The notes under the pieces were generated by a model that did no database searches, was not told the DNA's origin, and saw only the letters and a list, made by a program, of their open reading frames with translations. The position numbers and the translations under genes are program-made. Shown in pieces: positions 13,597 through 24,945 of a stretch of 48,011 nt of DNA. Numbering within the stretch: the first letter of the stretch is position 1; the number at the start of each line of letters is the position of its first letter. The DNA comes from Psammoneis japonica (lineage: Eukaryota): NCBI GenBank assembly GCA_008632985.1, contig QPGO01000011.1:806001-854011 (forward strand), read 5' to 3'.

Positions 13597-15009
13597 GTGG
13601 GCGCACCACAGTTCTTGGCCCGTTCATTTTCTGCGTGGCCTGGCACAACCCAAATCTGTGTAGATTCAGCACATTTTGCCCTGTGGAACGACTTTTGGGA
13701 CTGTTTTCTGGCTCGCGGCTCAAAATGACACACAAAATGACACGGACAATGGCGTTTTTCCAATTTCAAAAATGCGGTTGTTTCTGAGGTGTTTTGCAGT
13801 GTGCTCTCAACAGAATGTCTTGCGTCACAGCATGAGGCATGTGACAAGCTCGAGAGCACACAGGTTCACATGGGCAGCTGATGGTGGAAATTCTCACTGA
13901 AGGTTCGCGTTGACAGCGTCGCTTCTGTTGCATCACGACCAACCTTGTGCACTGCCATTCATGCTGTGTGTTTTGTTGAGGCTTTGCACATTGACACCCA
14001 TTTGACTTGCATGTGTTGTCTCTTTCTACATTGTTCTTTTGTTCTGCAGGGTCTCCATCATCGCAAGGTGTCCCAGAAACACTTTTTCTCATCAAGGATG
14101 TCATTTCTGCAATGTGATGGCTGCGGCAATTCCAAAACGAGGCAAAGTCACAGACACAGCATCAGGCTGGCTTCACAGCAAATGTGGTGACTTGGAGCCA
14201 TGGTGTCAAAAGCTGGGTGAGCTCTCAAGAGCTCAGATCCGTCACAGCGCATTTTTGAAAACAGCTCTCCCCACCTCCACTTGGTGATGCGGAGTTTGAT
14301 TCGGCAAACCAGCACATCATGGCTCTTCTGAAGGTTTAGATTGCTTCTTTTGGCTGCAAGGCAGTTCACAAGCTAGAAATGTGTTGCTTGCTTGCCCAAT
14401 TTGTCAGCCAATGCAACAAACTCAGAGGGTGACAGCCGGGGCAGATGATCATTGTGTCAAGTCTAAAAAGCAGCTAAAGATTGCAAGCCAACAAGAAGAG
14501 CTGGCTTTAAAATTCATCAGGGGGGCACAGACTTTGTTTTGTTGGGGCATCACTTCTTTGTTGTTGTTCTAGAGTGAACATCAACTGGTGTTGTTGCCGC
14601 CAATGTGTGAGCTCGCCTTGACAATCGGTCGCACTGCATTCTGAGATTTTGGAGTGAAGAACAACTTTTGTTTGCATTGCTCTGTCATGAGAGAAAGCTC
14701 ACTGGCTTCCCCTGGCCCTTTTGGAGCAATCAGGCAAGCGAAAGAGGAGCTGCAGAAAGATGCGGACCACGCCATTTTGATGCATTGTCGTCAGGTGGTG
14801 TCATCGTGTGTCGCGTGATGGAGTGCCATGCTTTCTCTTTTGCACTGCGTCTGTGCAGGAATGTACGTGATTGGCTCTCTGGTGGTTTCTATGCAAAAAG
14901 TGCACCAGGCGATCTTTGGACCGCCCTCTTGATATCTCAACCAAATCGTTGCTCGAGACAGCCCCTCGCAGCATTCCACCTGACAAGATGATGGCGGATG
15001 CAATGCTTC

Positions 15010-15156
15010 GAAGGGGCTGTCTGAAACAGTGATTCTGAGGGTGCGAAAGTGATTTGGTGAGAAACGCAGGTTGACTTGGTGGAAGGGGCTGTCTGAAACA
15101 GTGATTCTGAGGGTGCGAAAGCGATTTGGTGAGAAACGGTGGGTTGACTTGGTGGA
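15010..15156. repeat. Tandem duplication, 72-bp unit x2 (partial third copy at 13025-13042)
   Basis: gaaggggctgtctgaaacagtgattctgagggtgcgaaag... starts at 15010 and at 15082. Confidence 0.9.
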
Positions 15157-15542
15157 CGTTGTGGCGGGAGTTGGAAGCCCGGCCTTGCGCGTTGTGACCG
15201 CACGTTGAGTCTTATGAATCGTGATGATGACACTTTTTTTTGTCACGACGTCGACGACCGCCATGGTCCATTTGGGCAGAGAGGTTGATTTTACTAAAAA
15301 AACAGCACCTACGTGATTTCTACGGCGTCCCCACCCATAGCAGCGCACGACGCGATGCGAGACTGATGACTCGGGACTCCGATGTAGTTCCATGTGTTAT
15401 TGAATAGACTAGGTAGTAGAATTACAATATACCGCAAGAGAGATGACTGCCAAGGTATTATAGTAGTATCATTTTCATAAACTTCAAACTTCAGTTCCTC
15501 TCTCTCTCTCTTGAGCTGTCCGACAAGTAGAAGTTTGCTTGT

Positions 15543-16572
15543 TCAATTGTTGTCTGATCCACCTAGAAGCCTCAAAATGTACAGAAACAAATTGATAAGG
15601 TCCAAGTAGAGCTCAATAGCGGCAATGACATAATCTTCCGGATCGAGTCGTTCGGCAATCATGTAGGTATCGTAAATGATGAATAGCGAAAACACAATCG
15701 ACCCCAACAGGGCATAGACGGAACCCGTCTGCAGACCAAAAATGATTCCAAAGAAACCCCACAAAATCATAATCCACAGACACATGCCCAGTCCGGCACC
15801 CAAAAAGGAAAAGTCCCAGCGTGATTGGAGTGTAAAGAGGGACAACACGACAAACACCGTGGCGGTAATAAACACGGCTTCCAGGACGAGTCCTCCTGCG
15901 CCTTGCTCGGCGTAGATGGATGTGACGACGCCAACCAGATACGACATGGAGAGTGTGAAGAATCCCAATAGAATAAAGTTGGTAGGGTAGGTTCTCTGTC
16001 CGTCAAAGAAACGGAGAGAGAGAGTGAGATCTTCACAGCATACAGAAACTGTTAAGCATTCTCAACAAACAATACTAACTTACCTTGTAGGCATGTAAAG
16101 CACAAACAAGACAAAATATAGCCACCATATTGACATAATACAGCCAAAACCCAGATCCCAAACAAAAGCTTCGCGTTGATTCATTCAAGGCCATGAGTCC
16201 GCACACGGCAAAGGTGAGTGCCATTTGCGCCGACAAGATGAGATAGACCTTGCGAATAAAGGCATGACGAATCTGACGATCATCGGGCATGGCCACCACG
16301 ACGGGTCCGTCGCTTGGATTGTATTGAGAGGGAAGAGCCGTCACTTGAGGATCGTTGAAACGACCCCAATACGACTGGTTACGCGAGTCTACAGGCGGAC
16401 TGAATTGAAAGCCGCCTTTCGTCTGTGACGACGGCGTTTCTTTATCGTTGTTGTTGTTGTTTTCGGCAGGCAAGAGCCCTTCATGTTGATAGGATTCAAT
16501 ATCATGGTCTTCCGCCAAGATGGGGGTTGCCACTGGCAAGTTCTTGTCGTTCACGTTGCTGCTGATGGTCAT
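15543..16572 (-). CDS. Bax inhibitor-1 / Lifeguard (TMBIM) family membrane protein; exons 16572-16084, 15995-15543
   Basis: 'IRHAFIRKVYLILSAQMALT', 'YPTNFILLGFFTL', 'FIIYDTYMI...PEDYVIAAIELYLDLINLFLYILRLL'. In-frame GT-AG intron. Confidence 0.93.
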
Positions 16573-16962
16573 CGTGGATGCTTTTTGAGGAAGGATTTTC
16601 GCAATGCTTCGCAATTCGCGCGACATCAATCACGCTTGCAGATCGGAAACACGACTCACGGACCGCGAACGAACGGCGAAGTGCGCGCCCATTTTTTTTT
16701 GTCATTGGCCACAGTCCGGCTGAGCTGAACGGAGAACAAAGCCATGCTACGTGCCACCATGGGATTTGGCAAAAGCGTCACGCTGACAGAGCCAAATGGA
16801 GTCACAAAAATGATTTACCGCATTTTGCACACTCAAAGCAAAGTGTGGTTCACTGATCGCAGGCGCCTTGATGTGCTGTGCAGTGAAAGTGCAGACACAA
16901 AACACACAACCACGATTGAGAAACATCCTGCAAAACCAAACTAAACAAAAAAAAGAAACAAA

Positions 16963-17388
16963 ATGAAATGGAAATCGATGACAGGTGCCTTGCTGTTCTC
17001 CCACTTGACATCATTGGTTGGATTCGCCAAAGGCACCGGGACTTGCAAAGCATTTTGGCACATCAATTCGATCATCATCCACCACAATCCCCCGCCAATG
17101 GTCTCTGTGTTTTGATGCACAAAGCAGAACAGGACTTCAGTGCTGATTGCTTGAGGGATTGGCACTTGACTTGCCAGGGAAATCGGAAAGCAAAGGTGGT
17201 GCCCTTCAGAACACACCATGCACTCCTGTGACTGCAAAGACGACGAGCCAGTTTGCAGTGGTGGCGGCGGCGGCGGCAGCGAGACAGATGACACCAACGA
17301 CGGCCCCAATTGGGCTGCAATTGGTGCCTGTGCAGGCATTGCCAGCGTCATTGTTGCATTTCTCATAGCATGGTGCTGCAACGCATAA
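16963..17388 (+). pseudogene. Putative decayed small secreted/single-pass membrane protein gene in a TpA-depleted patch
   Basis: Signal-peptide-like start (MKWKSMTGALLFSHLTSLVGFAKG). The C-terminal frame reads '...WCPSEHTMHSCDCKDDEPVCSGGGGGGSETDDTNDGPNWAAIGACAGIASVIVAFLIAWCCNA*', and two TGA codons lie upstream in that frame. Confidence 0.45.
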
Positions 17389-18018
17389 ATGGGAGAAACC
17401 CAAAAAGATGACCAGTGTGAATCAAACCTCTGGAGATGTCCTCTCTTGGCTGTAATTGTTTGTTCTAGTAGAGAAGAGAATATGACCTTGCTTCGCTTTA
17501 TAAGAAGTGTAAGCACATAACATCAAAGGTTGTCAAGAGAACATCGCTCTAGAATGTACCACACAGTAAAGAAAAGTAGTTTGGAGCGCATGGTTGCGAA
17601 ATCCTCGCCGTATGGCGACAGCATTGAGAGGACGAGAAGGAATGGGAGTAGCTTAATCAAACGCGAGAAAGGGATAGATGTGGTGGCTTTCCGACTACGT
17701 TGGTAAGGTTTATGGAGTCTATGTACTAGACTTTTCGTGTATGGTACTGTGATTATGTTTGTCTTCTATTTCTGTTGACGCTTGCTTTGAATGACGAGCT
17801 GTTACTGAGAACAACCACGGCAAGGACTGCTCATCCAATCCAAATACTATTTTCCGAGACGTTTGGTCCCTCCTGTACGGATAATAGAGTGTGCACCAAC
17901 AATGCAATACAGACAAGAGAATGCTTCTGTTTTCAGAGTGTCTGGCCCGCCAACGACTCCAAGCTGCTTCTCGTTCAACCCGTCTACAGATGTTCAACCC
18001 ATCCAGCCCTTTCTCTCA

Positions 18019-18783
18019 TCAATTTAACTCGTACAATGTTTTAATGGCCGCATCAAAGTCTCGACACGCCTTGTCGAGGTCGTTGTTGACCACAATCACA
18101 TCAAAGTTGCCTTCTTGCAGTCCGTATTCGACTTCGGCCTTGGCGTTGGCCGTGCGTCGTTGCAAGCTTTCGGCAGACTCGGTTCCTCGTCGAGACAGTC
18201 GTTCTTGTAAAATTTCCAAGGACGGTGGAGCAATAAAGAGATACTTAGGTTTGAATTCTGGAGACTCTTGTAAGCGCTTGAGTTGCTTGACGCCTTGCAC
18301 ATCAATATCCAACAGACAGTGTTTGCCACCGTCTTGCACATCCCGCAACGAGGACCAACTCGTGCCATAGTAATTGCCGTGCACTTGAGCGTGTTCCAAA
18401 AAGTAACCACCCTCCGTAATTTGAGCTTGCATGGTTTCTTTCGAAGTAAAGTGATAATGAACGCCATGGACTTCGCCTGGCCGGGGATCACGAGTGGTGT
18501 GCGACACTGTAAAGCCAAACCGGTCCATGCCACCAAACTCCGTCATGTACTTTTCGATAATGGTGCCCTTGCCCACACCGCTTGGACCACACACCACCAG
18601 CGGTTGTAATAACGTTGCTTTCTTGCTGTCTTGAAGAGCCTCCATGCTTGCCACAGCACTGCACTGACGAGTCTCGCTGCTGTTGTTGCTGCTGCCACGA
18701 AGGGATCTTCCAGAGAAGAAGGACACGACCACCAAGGGCTGCAGCAACAGCAAAGAGATTTTCAAAGCAATCGTCACTCTCAT
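18019..18783 (-). CDS. GUK1: Guanylate kinase with N-terminal signal/transit-like extension
   Basis: P-loop 'VCGPSGVGKGT', 'VSHTTRDPRPGEVHGVHYHF', 'HGNYYGTS', 'LDIDVQGV', 'RLSRRGTES'. Start chosen at ATG 18783 because a hydrophobic signal-like segment follows. Confidence 0.93.
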   Translation of the reverse strand: MRVTIALKISLLLLQPLVVVSFFSGRSLRGSSNNSSETRQCSAVASMEALQDSKKATLLQPLVVCGPSGVGKGTIIEKYMTEFGGMDRFGFTVSHTTRDPRPGEVHGVHYHFTSKETMQAQITEGGYFLEHAQVHGNYYGTSWSSLRDVQDGGKHCLLDIDVQGVKQLKRLQESPEFKPKYLFIAPPSLEILQERLSRRGTESAESLQRRTANAKAEVEYGLQEGNFDVIVVNNDLDKACRDFDAAIKTLYELN

Positions 18784-19071
18784 TTCGACCTTGAGTATTT
18801 GAGACAGATAGAGAATTGGATCGATGATGAGGACAGAGGCAAAACGCATAGACAGCACCACCACCTCACTTTCTGCTTTGTCATTTCCTCTTGGTGGTGC
18901 CAGCAGTCGCGGGTTTCTGATTCCGACATGTAGAAATGAACGTGGCTTCAGTACTTCACGGAATGACTCGTGACTCAGTCGCGTCTGACGCAGGACGTGG
19001 ATGTCGCGGCTTTCTTGTCGAGTGTCCACACAAGATTGGCGTCACCCTTGGGAGTGGGCGTCACCTACAAC

Positions 19072-19110
19072 AGTACTCTCTCTCTAGAGAGTAGAGCTAG
19101 CACTAAGTTA
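19072..19110. repeat. Short TAG/CTA-rich island
   Basis: agtactctctctctagagagtagagctagcactaagtta, about 290 bp upstream of the guanylate kinase start. Confidence 0.5.
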
Positions 19111-20173
19111 AGATCGATGCTGCGGCATTGGACGGCAAGGCTACCGGTACTCTGACACTAGCGTTGAGATTCTCGGCCATTGATGTACAGTTATAGTCGC
19201 AGAAGAACAACCAGACTATTGAAACAGAATCACAGTTATGCCACTCCTTAGATGTTGCGGCTACTTGCTATGAAGCGTCTGCGACTTTGATATCTATCAT
19301 TGCGGTTCTCTTGCTTGAACATCTAGTGAGCCATATCAAAACAACGAGACAACGGGACAATTCGATTACCATTTGCCTGCTTTCATCGTAAAGATTTGGC
19401 GTAGTTTCTTGTGTGCACTCCTAATTTACATTTTACCGTATAAACTATGCGCACCGAATAAATCTTATGCAATACGACAGCGACATCTTTCTGCCTGTTC
19501 TTGAAAGTCCCTGTACCATGAAATATGTATGCGAAGACTCAACCATCATCTCCATCGGCTTGAGCTCAACTTGTTCTTCCCGAGCTTCCTGTCTTAGTTC
19601 ATACCGATGCTCTTCCTCATCTTCTCCTGCTTCCTCTTTGCCTTCCAGGCCTTGATTGCTGTCTTCATCTTCTTGATTGGGCCCATGGTGTATTGGATTC
19701 AAGTGTTTTCGTCAATTTTCAATTTGCAAATTTGTGAGATTGTGTGTGGAAAAAGCGAACCGATGATTGACACCTTCGATTTTTCATTGTTATTCAGTAT
19801 CGAATACATTCAGTTGAAGTATTTTCTGATATTCAAAATGTGATATATTGTGATTAAGTACTATTCGAGCGTTTCAATGTTGGATATTTATTCAGTTATA
19901 AATAAAACATATTTCGCGAACAGGTCCGTTGGACAGTTTCAAAGTGTTGGTGGCCTCAAACTGAAGAAGGACAGAATGCTGACTCATTGGCGGCTGGCGG
20001 CATTTTTTTTGTTTTGGTGTCGTCTCATCTCGAGTTCCAAACCTTCGCAATAATCAATAACACCGTGGCGTTGTGAGAGACGATGGACATGCATCACCAG
20101 CAGCACTCATTCAAAGCCTAAGACGAGCTTGGACAAGAACTAAATCGACATCCCACAATTCAAAGCAAAAACC

Positions 20174-21568
20174 ATGACGATGTCTTCAAGAATTCTCTTC
20201 CTTATATTTGTTTTAACGAAAATTCATCGAGACTATTCCTTTTCGACCAATCGTCCGTTCAAGGTTCCTACAACACGTTTTCTTGGTCTTTCTGCTACGA
20301 CAATGTATCTCGAACATGAGGAACTAGATGAGAAACAAACTGACTCATTTGATCCAGATTGCACATTGGAAGAACGCCAAAAATGGGCGGCTGCGATTGC
20401 AACGTCATTTCAGCCAAACGAATTCAAACCCGTCCCGTTATTCCGAAACAAACACGTGCAAACAATAGCAAGTGCCTTTCTGCGAGACGTTCCAGAATGC
20501 AGATATGTAGCATCAAATGACAGTCTGCTTGCCACAATTTCTGCGGCTTTTCAGCGTCTCATGTCGCCTCGGTATCCGGCCACTTCCTTTTGGGACAAGC
20601 GTGAGCGAATCGAAACTCCCGATGGAGACTGGTTTCACGTGGACTATAAATATGCCAACGAGACTTCGAAAGGCCTAGTCATTGTTTTGCATGGATTAGA
20701 GGCAAATTCTGAGTCAATGCTCACAATCGACATTGGCCAAGCCTATCACGAGATCGGCATGGATGTGGCCTGCATCAACTTTCGCGGTTGTACGGGGGTC
20801 CCCAACAACAAGCCGGGTAGTTATCACTTGGGCTTTACGGACGATTTGATTCTTTTTCTGAAACTCGTACAATCAAGGTACGACCAAGGAGACATCCCGC
20901 CAATTTACTTGTCTGGGTATTCTCTCGGAGGCAACGTTGTGATGAATGCACTAGGCGAACTTGGCATTGAAGCAAAGAACGAGTACAACATTCATGGAGC
21001 ATCGCTATTGTGTGTTCCAATCGATTGTGAACGGAACGCACCTTTCTTTGGAAGTCCAGGCTTTAACCAACTGGTGTACTGTGAAAACTTGCTCCAGACA
21101 ATGCGACAGAAAGGAAACACCCAGCTGGAGCAATTCTGCGACGGCGATGTTGACACGACATTGTTTGATTATAAAGGTGTCTTGGAAGCGAAAACAGTAT
21201 CTGAATTCGATGCTGCCTTCGTTGCACCACTCTATGGCTTTGAAGATGAGATTGATTACTACCGCAACGTTTCATCAATCTACCACATGGACAATGTCGC
21301 TGTCCCTACCATGATGCTCAACGCAAGGGACGATCCATTTATGGATCCGAGCCACTTCCCCGTTGAAAAGAGTCGTGAGTTTGGAGGGAAGGCTCCCATC
21401 AAGATGGTATTATCAAATCATGGCGGTCACATTGGTTTCACGTTCCATCAAACGTCCGACGAGGATAAGGATGGAAACAGACCGAGCTGGGCCTCCACCG
21501 AGCTCGCTCGATTTGTTCACCACGTCCATACCCACCTAATGATGCAAGCAACCGAAACACAGAATTAG
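20174..21568 (+). CDS. Alpha/beta hydrolase, YheT/ABHD1-3 family, with N-terminal targeting peptide
   Basis: 'NKHVQTI', 'ETPDGDWFHVD', 'LHGLE', 'NFRGC', nucleophile elbow 'GYSLGG', 'NARDDPF', 'HGGHIGF'. Single-exon ORF of 464 aa. Confidence 0.9.
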   Translation: MTMSSRILFLIFVLTKIHRDYSFSTNRPFKVPTTRFLGLSATTMYLEHEELDEKQTDSFDPDCTLEERQKWAAAIATSFQPNEFKPVPLFRNKHVQTIASAFLRDVPECRYVASNDSLLATISAAFQRLMSPRYPATSFWDKRERIETPDGDWFHVDYKYANETSKGLVIVLHGLEANSESMLTIDIGQAYHEIGMDVACINFRGCTGVPNNKPGSYHLGFTDDLILFLKLVQSRYDQGDIPPIYLSGYSLGGNVVMNALGELGIEAKNEYNIHGASLLCVPIDCERNAPFFGSPGFNQLVYCENLLQTMRQKGNTQLEQFCDGDVDTTLFDYKGVLEAKTVSEFDAAFVAPLYGFEDEIDYYRNVSSIYHMDNVAVPTMMLNARDDPFMDPSHFPVEKSREFGGKAPIKMVLSNHGGHIGFTFHQTSDEDKDGNRPSWASTELARFVHHVHTHLMMQATETQN

Positions 21569-21637
21569 AAGCCAGTGATCCTACATTTGAATAGAGTAAC
21601 GATTACATTTCGAAGAATGCTTCCTGTTGCGCTTAGC

Positions 21638-22806
21638 TCAGCTTTTACGCAGCTCCAATGTACGGCATTGTCGTAGATACTCAAAGAGAATCACACTCCC
21701 ACAAACCGCTGCGTTCAGACTTTCAATACCAGCCTCCATGGGGACGTGAACAGCTCGTATTCTATTTGAAAAGACGGCATCTCGGACTACCTTACTTAAC
21801 CCGGTTCCTTCGCTTCCAATAACAAGAGCCGTGGGCGATTCCGTCCAATCGATGAGATAGTGCTCTGTGGAAGGGTCGGTACTGGACTTTTCATCATTTT
21901 TACTCTCGTCCTTTTCAATCATTGTAGCCGCATATATGTTCTTCACACCCCAAGCTTCCAATACCTTTTGCCCTTCCTCGAACGAATCCACCGAAAGAAT
22001 CGGTACTTGAAACGAGCATCCCATGGCACTTCGGACTGCCTTTGGGTTCCAAACATCACAGCAGTGAGGCAGAAGGAGAACGACAGAGACACCAACTGCT
22101 ACAGACGATCGTAGCAAAGTTCCAACATTTCCAGGATCGGACACACCATCCAATACCAAATAAAGTGGGGTTCTATTGTTCTGTACTGATCGAGGCGCTG
22201 CTTCTGAAGGAGGAGCTGGTATTGCAATTGTTGCTACAATTCCCTGAGGTGTGACTGTGTCACTGCAAGCAGCTACAATCTCATCGGTTGCTACACAGAC
22301 TTGTATATGTGGATGAATTTGTTGCAGTCTTTGTGGCTCAAACTCGTTTGCTTTGGATTCTGCAATCATGACGTTTTCCACCAAGCGTGTTGTCTTGGGA
22401 TTGTTTAACAAATCGAGCACCATTCTAGGACCTTCAATGACGGTGGCATTGAATTCGGTTCGCTTCTTTCGTTTCTGAAGCAGAGCTTGCCATTTCTTGA
22501 CTGTATTTGACTTTTTCGATGTAATGTAGACAGGTTCGCTCAGTCTGTTGCTGCTGCTGCTGCTGAGTAGAGCCGTAAAGCTGCTCTCGAGTAGCTACGA
22601 GTTCTAGAACAGACTCTAGTGGCGCCTTTGAGAAAATCTGGACAAAAGTAAAACTTTGATGCCGATGAACCTCCCCGGCATTTCGCTTGCCTAACTGCAG
22701 AAGTTCGTATGAAAGATGGGGCCGCAGCAATCATGGAGCTTTTTGCGGTCGTTGAAGAAAGTCGGTGCACAATACTTAAAACCATCAGAGAAGCCAGACG
22801 AACCAT
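21638..22806 (-). CDS. SpoU/TrmH-family RNA 2'-O-ribose methyltransferase; probable intron ~22695-22595
   Basis: 'ITSKKSNTVKK', 'IEGPRMV', 'TPQGIVA', 'LDGVSDPGNVGTLLRS', 'KAVRSAMG', 'IGSEGTGLS', 'ESLNAAVCGS'. The 5' exon needs a splice to reach the main frame, and the junction is uncertain. Confidence 0.85.
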
Positions 22807-23148
22807 TTGTCTTCTATTTTTTCTCGGATACACGTAGTACGCTTTACCTGCTTATATGTGTCAAAGGTGGAACGGCACTGTACAGCAGGACTAAGCTTTT
22901 CGATAGACAGCAGGTTGATGTCGCCATTGGCATGTTGTGAGTTTTGAAGTGCGTGATGTGCTGATGTTGCGTGGTGCGCGCGATGATGTGTGATTGTGAA
23001 TCGGAGCGACGGGAAGGCGGAGAATTGCTCGGCTTGATCCTACCTCGGAGTACAACTCTTTCATTACCGTGTAGAGAGACGAGAATAGAACGATTTCCTT
23101 GTCTGGTCCAGCTCAAGAACCGATACTATAGAGCAAGAGGATAACGTT

Positions 23149-24201
23149 TCATACCCTAGTAGCAACAAGAAGTCTATCTTCTGTTGACCGCGTAGTATAA
23201 CGCAACAGCCTGACTTCAAACCCATACTCTTGCATTTTCGCAGCACGACAGAGATCCAACAGTATCTTGATTCGAGTTCCAAGAGCAACCTTTTCGTCTC
23301 TTGAAAAAGAGCGCTCAAACTCTTCGCTCGACATGCGTGGAGACACGGGTGATGTTTCGGAACTAAGCGCATGGAAAGCTTCATCGGTTGCTTTGCCAAG
23401 GTCGGGCAGCACAAAACTCTCGGAATCATCATCCTCTCTGGTATCTGTTGCATTTTCTTGACACTTCCGTTTCTTATTGCTGTTGAGACTGGCCCACTGG
23501 CTCACGGCCACGGCGACTTGGAACTCATCTGAGGACAAACCGAGTCGCAACCAGCAGTCTTGACCTACAAAACTATCCCAGGTACACAAATAATGACAAC
23601 AGGTTGCCACTGCACACGGTGGCCGCATAGATGGTCGGAGACGACCAAGGGCAGCAATTGACAGATCACATGCTGGACCACACAAGTGTTTCGACATGCA
23701 CAGCACAGGCGGTCCACAACAATACTTGGAAAGATCCAAGGTTGCAATATCTCTCGTCTCTCGTTGAACGGCATCTTCTGGACGGTTGCGTTGTCGTGCT
23801 CGGGTACGCATTGCCCCATCTCTTGTTTGATTCAGTTGAAAGTCACATCGATATACCAAAACATGGGTGAACTGGGCGTCCGTGACGCGTTGCAACCGTT
23901 CCGACAATCGTCCTGTGCCGGCACCCAATTCAATCGCAACCACAGGTGGATCGACAAGCGCTTGAATTCGACGCAAATGACCCAAAATAGACGCTTCTTG
24001 CATGACGTGTTTCCCCCCAGACGCTTCTCCCGATGTATAGTCGGCGGGGGAGAGTAATTCTTGCAGAGGAAGACTAGTAGGAAGATGAGGCCATAGCAGG
24101 TCGAGCTTGCGGATGAGAGATTGCACTTGTGTGCCTCTCACGTTTCGAATACGCGTTCTGGCCTTGTTCCCTAATCCTTCCTGGTGACTCATTTCACACA
24201 T
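23149..24201 (-). CDS. TRM13: TRM13-like tRNA position-4 2'-O-methyltransferase
   Basis: 'KHVMQEASILGHL', 'IELGAGTGRLS', 'DIATLDL', 'SKHLCGPACDL', 'ATCCHYLC', 'LGTRIKILLD..R'. Confidence 0.85.
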   Translation of the reverse strand: MCEMSHQEGLGNKARTRIRNVRGTQVQSLIRKLDLLWPHLPTSLPLQELLSPADYTSGEASGGKHVMQEASILGHLRRIQALVDPPVVAIELGAGTGRLSERLQRVTDAQFTHVLVYRCDFQLNQTRDGAMRTRARQRNRPEDAVQRETRDIATLDLSKYCCGPPVLCMSKHLCGPACDLSIAALGRLRPSMRPPCAVATCCHYLCTWDSFVGQDCWLRLGLSSDEFQVAVAVSQWASLNSNKKRKCQENATDTREDDDSESFVLPDLGKATDEAFHALSSETSPVSPRMSSEEFERSFSRDEKVALGTRIKILLDLCRAAKMQEYGFEVRLLRYTTRSTEDRLLVATRV

Positions 24202-24346
24202 TGACGAAGAGTCGTCGTCGGCTTTTGTTTTGGCAGCTCCGTATTTTGTGTCTGATGTCTCATGGTCGCGGGTGTGCTATTTTTGATTTTTGGTCAAAAC
24301 TCAAAACCTTCCAAATTGGATCGGTGGACAGACAGACTCCGCAGCA

Positions 24347-24534
24347 TTAGCTAGCGATAGCTACTACCGTTAGTAGCTAGAAGTAGTAGATAGATAGAGT
24401 CTACTCTAGCTATGAGCTACTAGAGCTCTCTACGGTGGCTAGAGAGCTAGAGAGTAGCTCTCCCTCTACTCTCTAGAGTAGAGATAGTTAGTAGTAGTAG
24501 GTAGAAGTAGGTACTTCTACTAGCTACCGTAGCT
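24347..24534. repeat. TAG/CTA/AGAG-rich low-complexity intergenic island
   Basis: About 190 bp of tagctag/agtag/ctact/ctct words, beginning about 145 bp upstream of the TRM13-like start. Confidence 0.8.
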
Positions 24535-24945
24535 TTCGGCATGTGAGAGATCAGCTAGAAATAGACAGTTGTAACCCGCTTCAAGCCTATATCCCGCTTC
24601 CAACAGTACAGCTTATTCGAAATTCTCGCTCACAAAAGCTGTTCAGCATTGTAGATTTGTCGGGCAATGTGCGTGTCTCCAAAAGTCGTACAGGTAAAGT
24701 CCTGCGATTTGCATCTAAGCATCTGTCAGCAGCAACTGGCTAGGGGTGAAGCTAACAGCAAATGATGATGACAAGTTTCAAATTTACAAATTGGACAATT
24801 CATGTTGCCAATGCCAGAATGGTTTATTCAATAAAGAACTTGTCAAATCACACGAATAAGAGTGAACGCAGCTGCAACCGCACCTAGATAAGATTTCCTT
24901 ACTGTCGAAAGTTGTAAGCCGCTCTTGCTTTCATATAAGAATCAT

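Larger units (their letters stand above)
10412..15345. mobile_element. Degenerate ~4.9-kb TIR-bounded element, TpA-depleted interior, with nested insertions
   Basis: gggaggggacgccg (10421-10434) and tagaaatcacg (10441-10451) are reverse complements of cggcgtccccaccc (15323-15336, 13/14 match) and cgtgatttcta (15312-15322). The TA-poor sequence lies between these repeats. No transposase motif was recognised. Confidence 0.65.

Noticed and set aside
13091..15156. CRISPR-like array suggested by palindromic and tandem repeats
   Set aside because: Only 2-3 copies with irregular spacing, no unique spacers of constant length, no cas genes, and a eukaryotic context.
18784..19029. 82-aa N-terminal extension of guanylate kinase in the ORF track
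   Set aside because: It begins at a non-ATG codon, and ATG 18783 followed by a signal-like peptide is the more plausible start.
19445..19702. Short acidic minus-strand ORF (EDEDSNQGLEGKEEAGEDEEE) next to an AT-rich stretch
   Set aside because: Low complexity, no domain and no clear gene structure. It may be a relic but cannot be supported.
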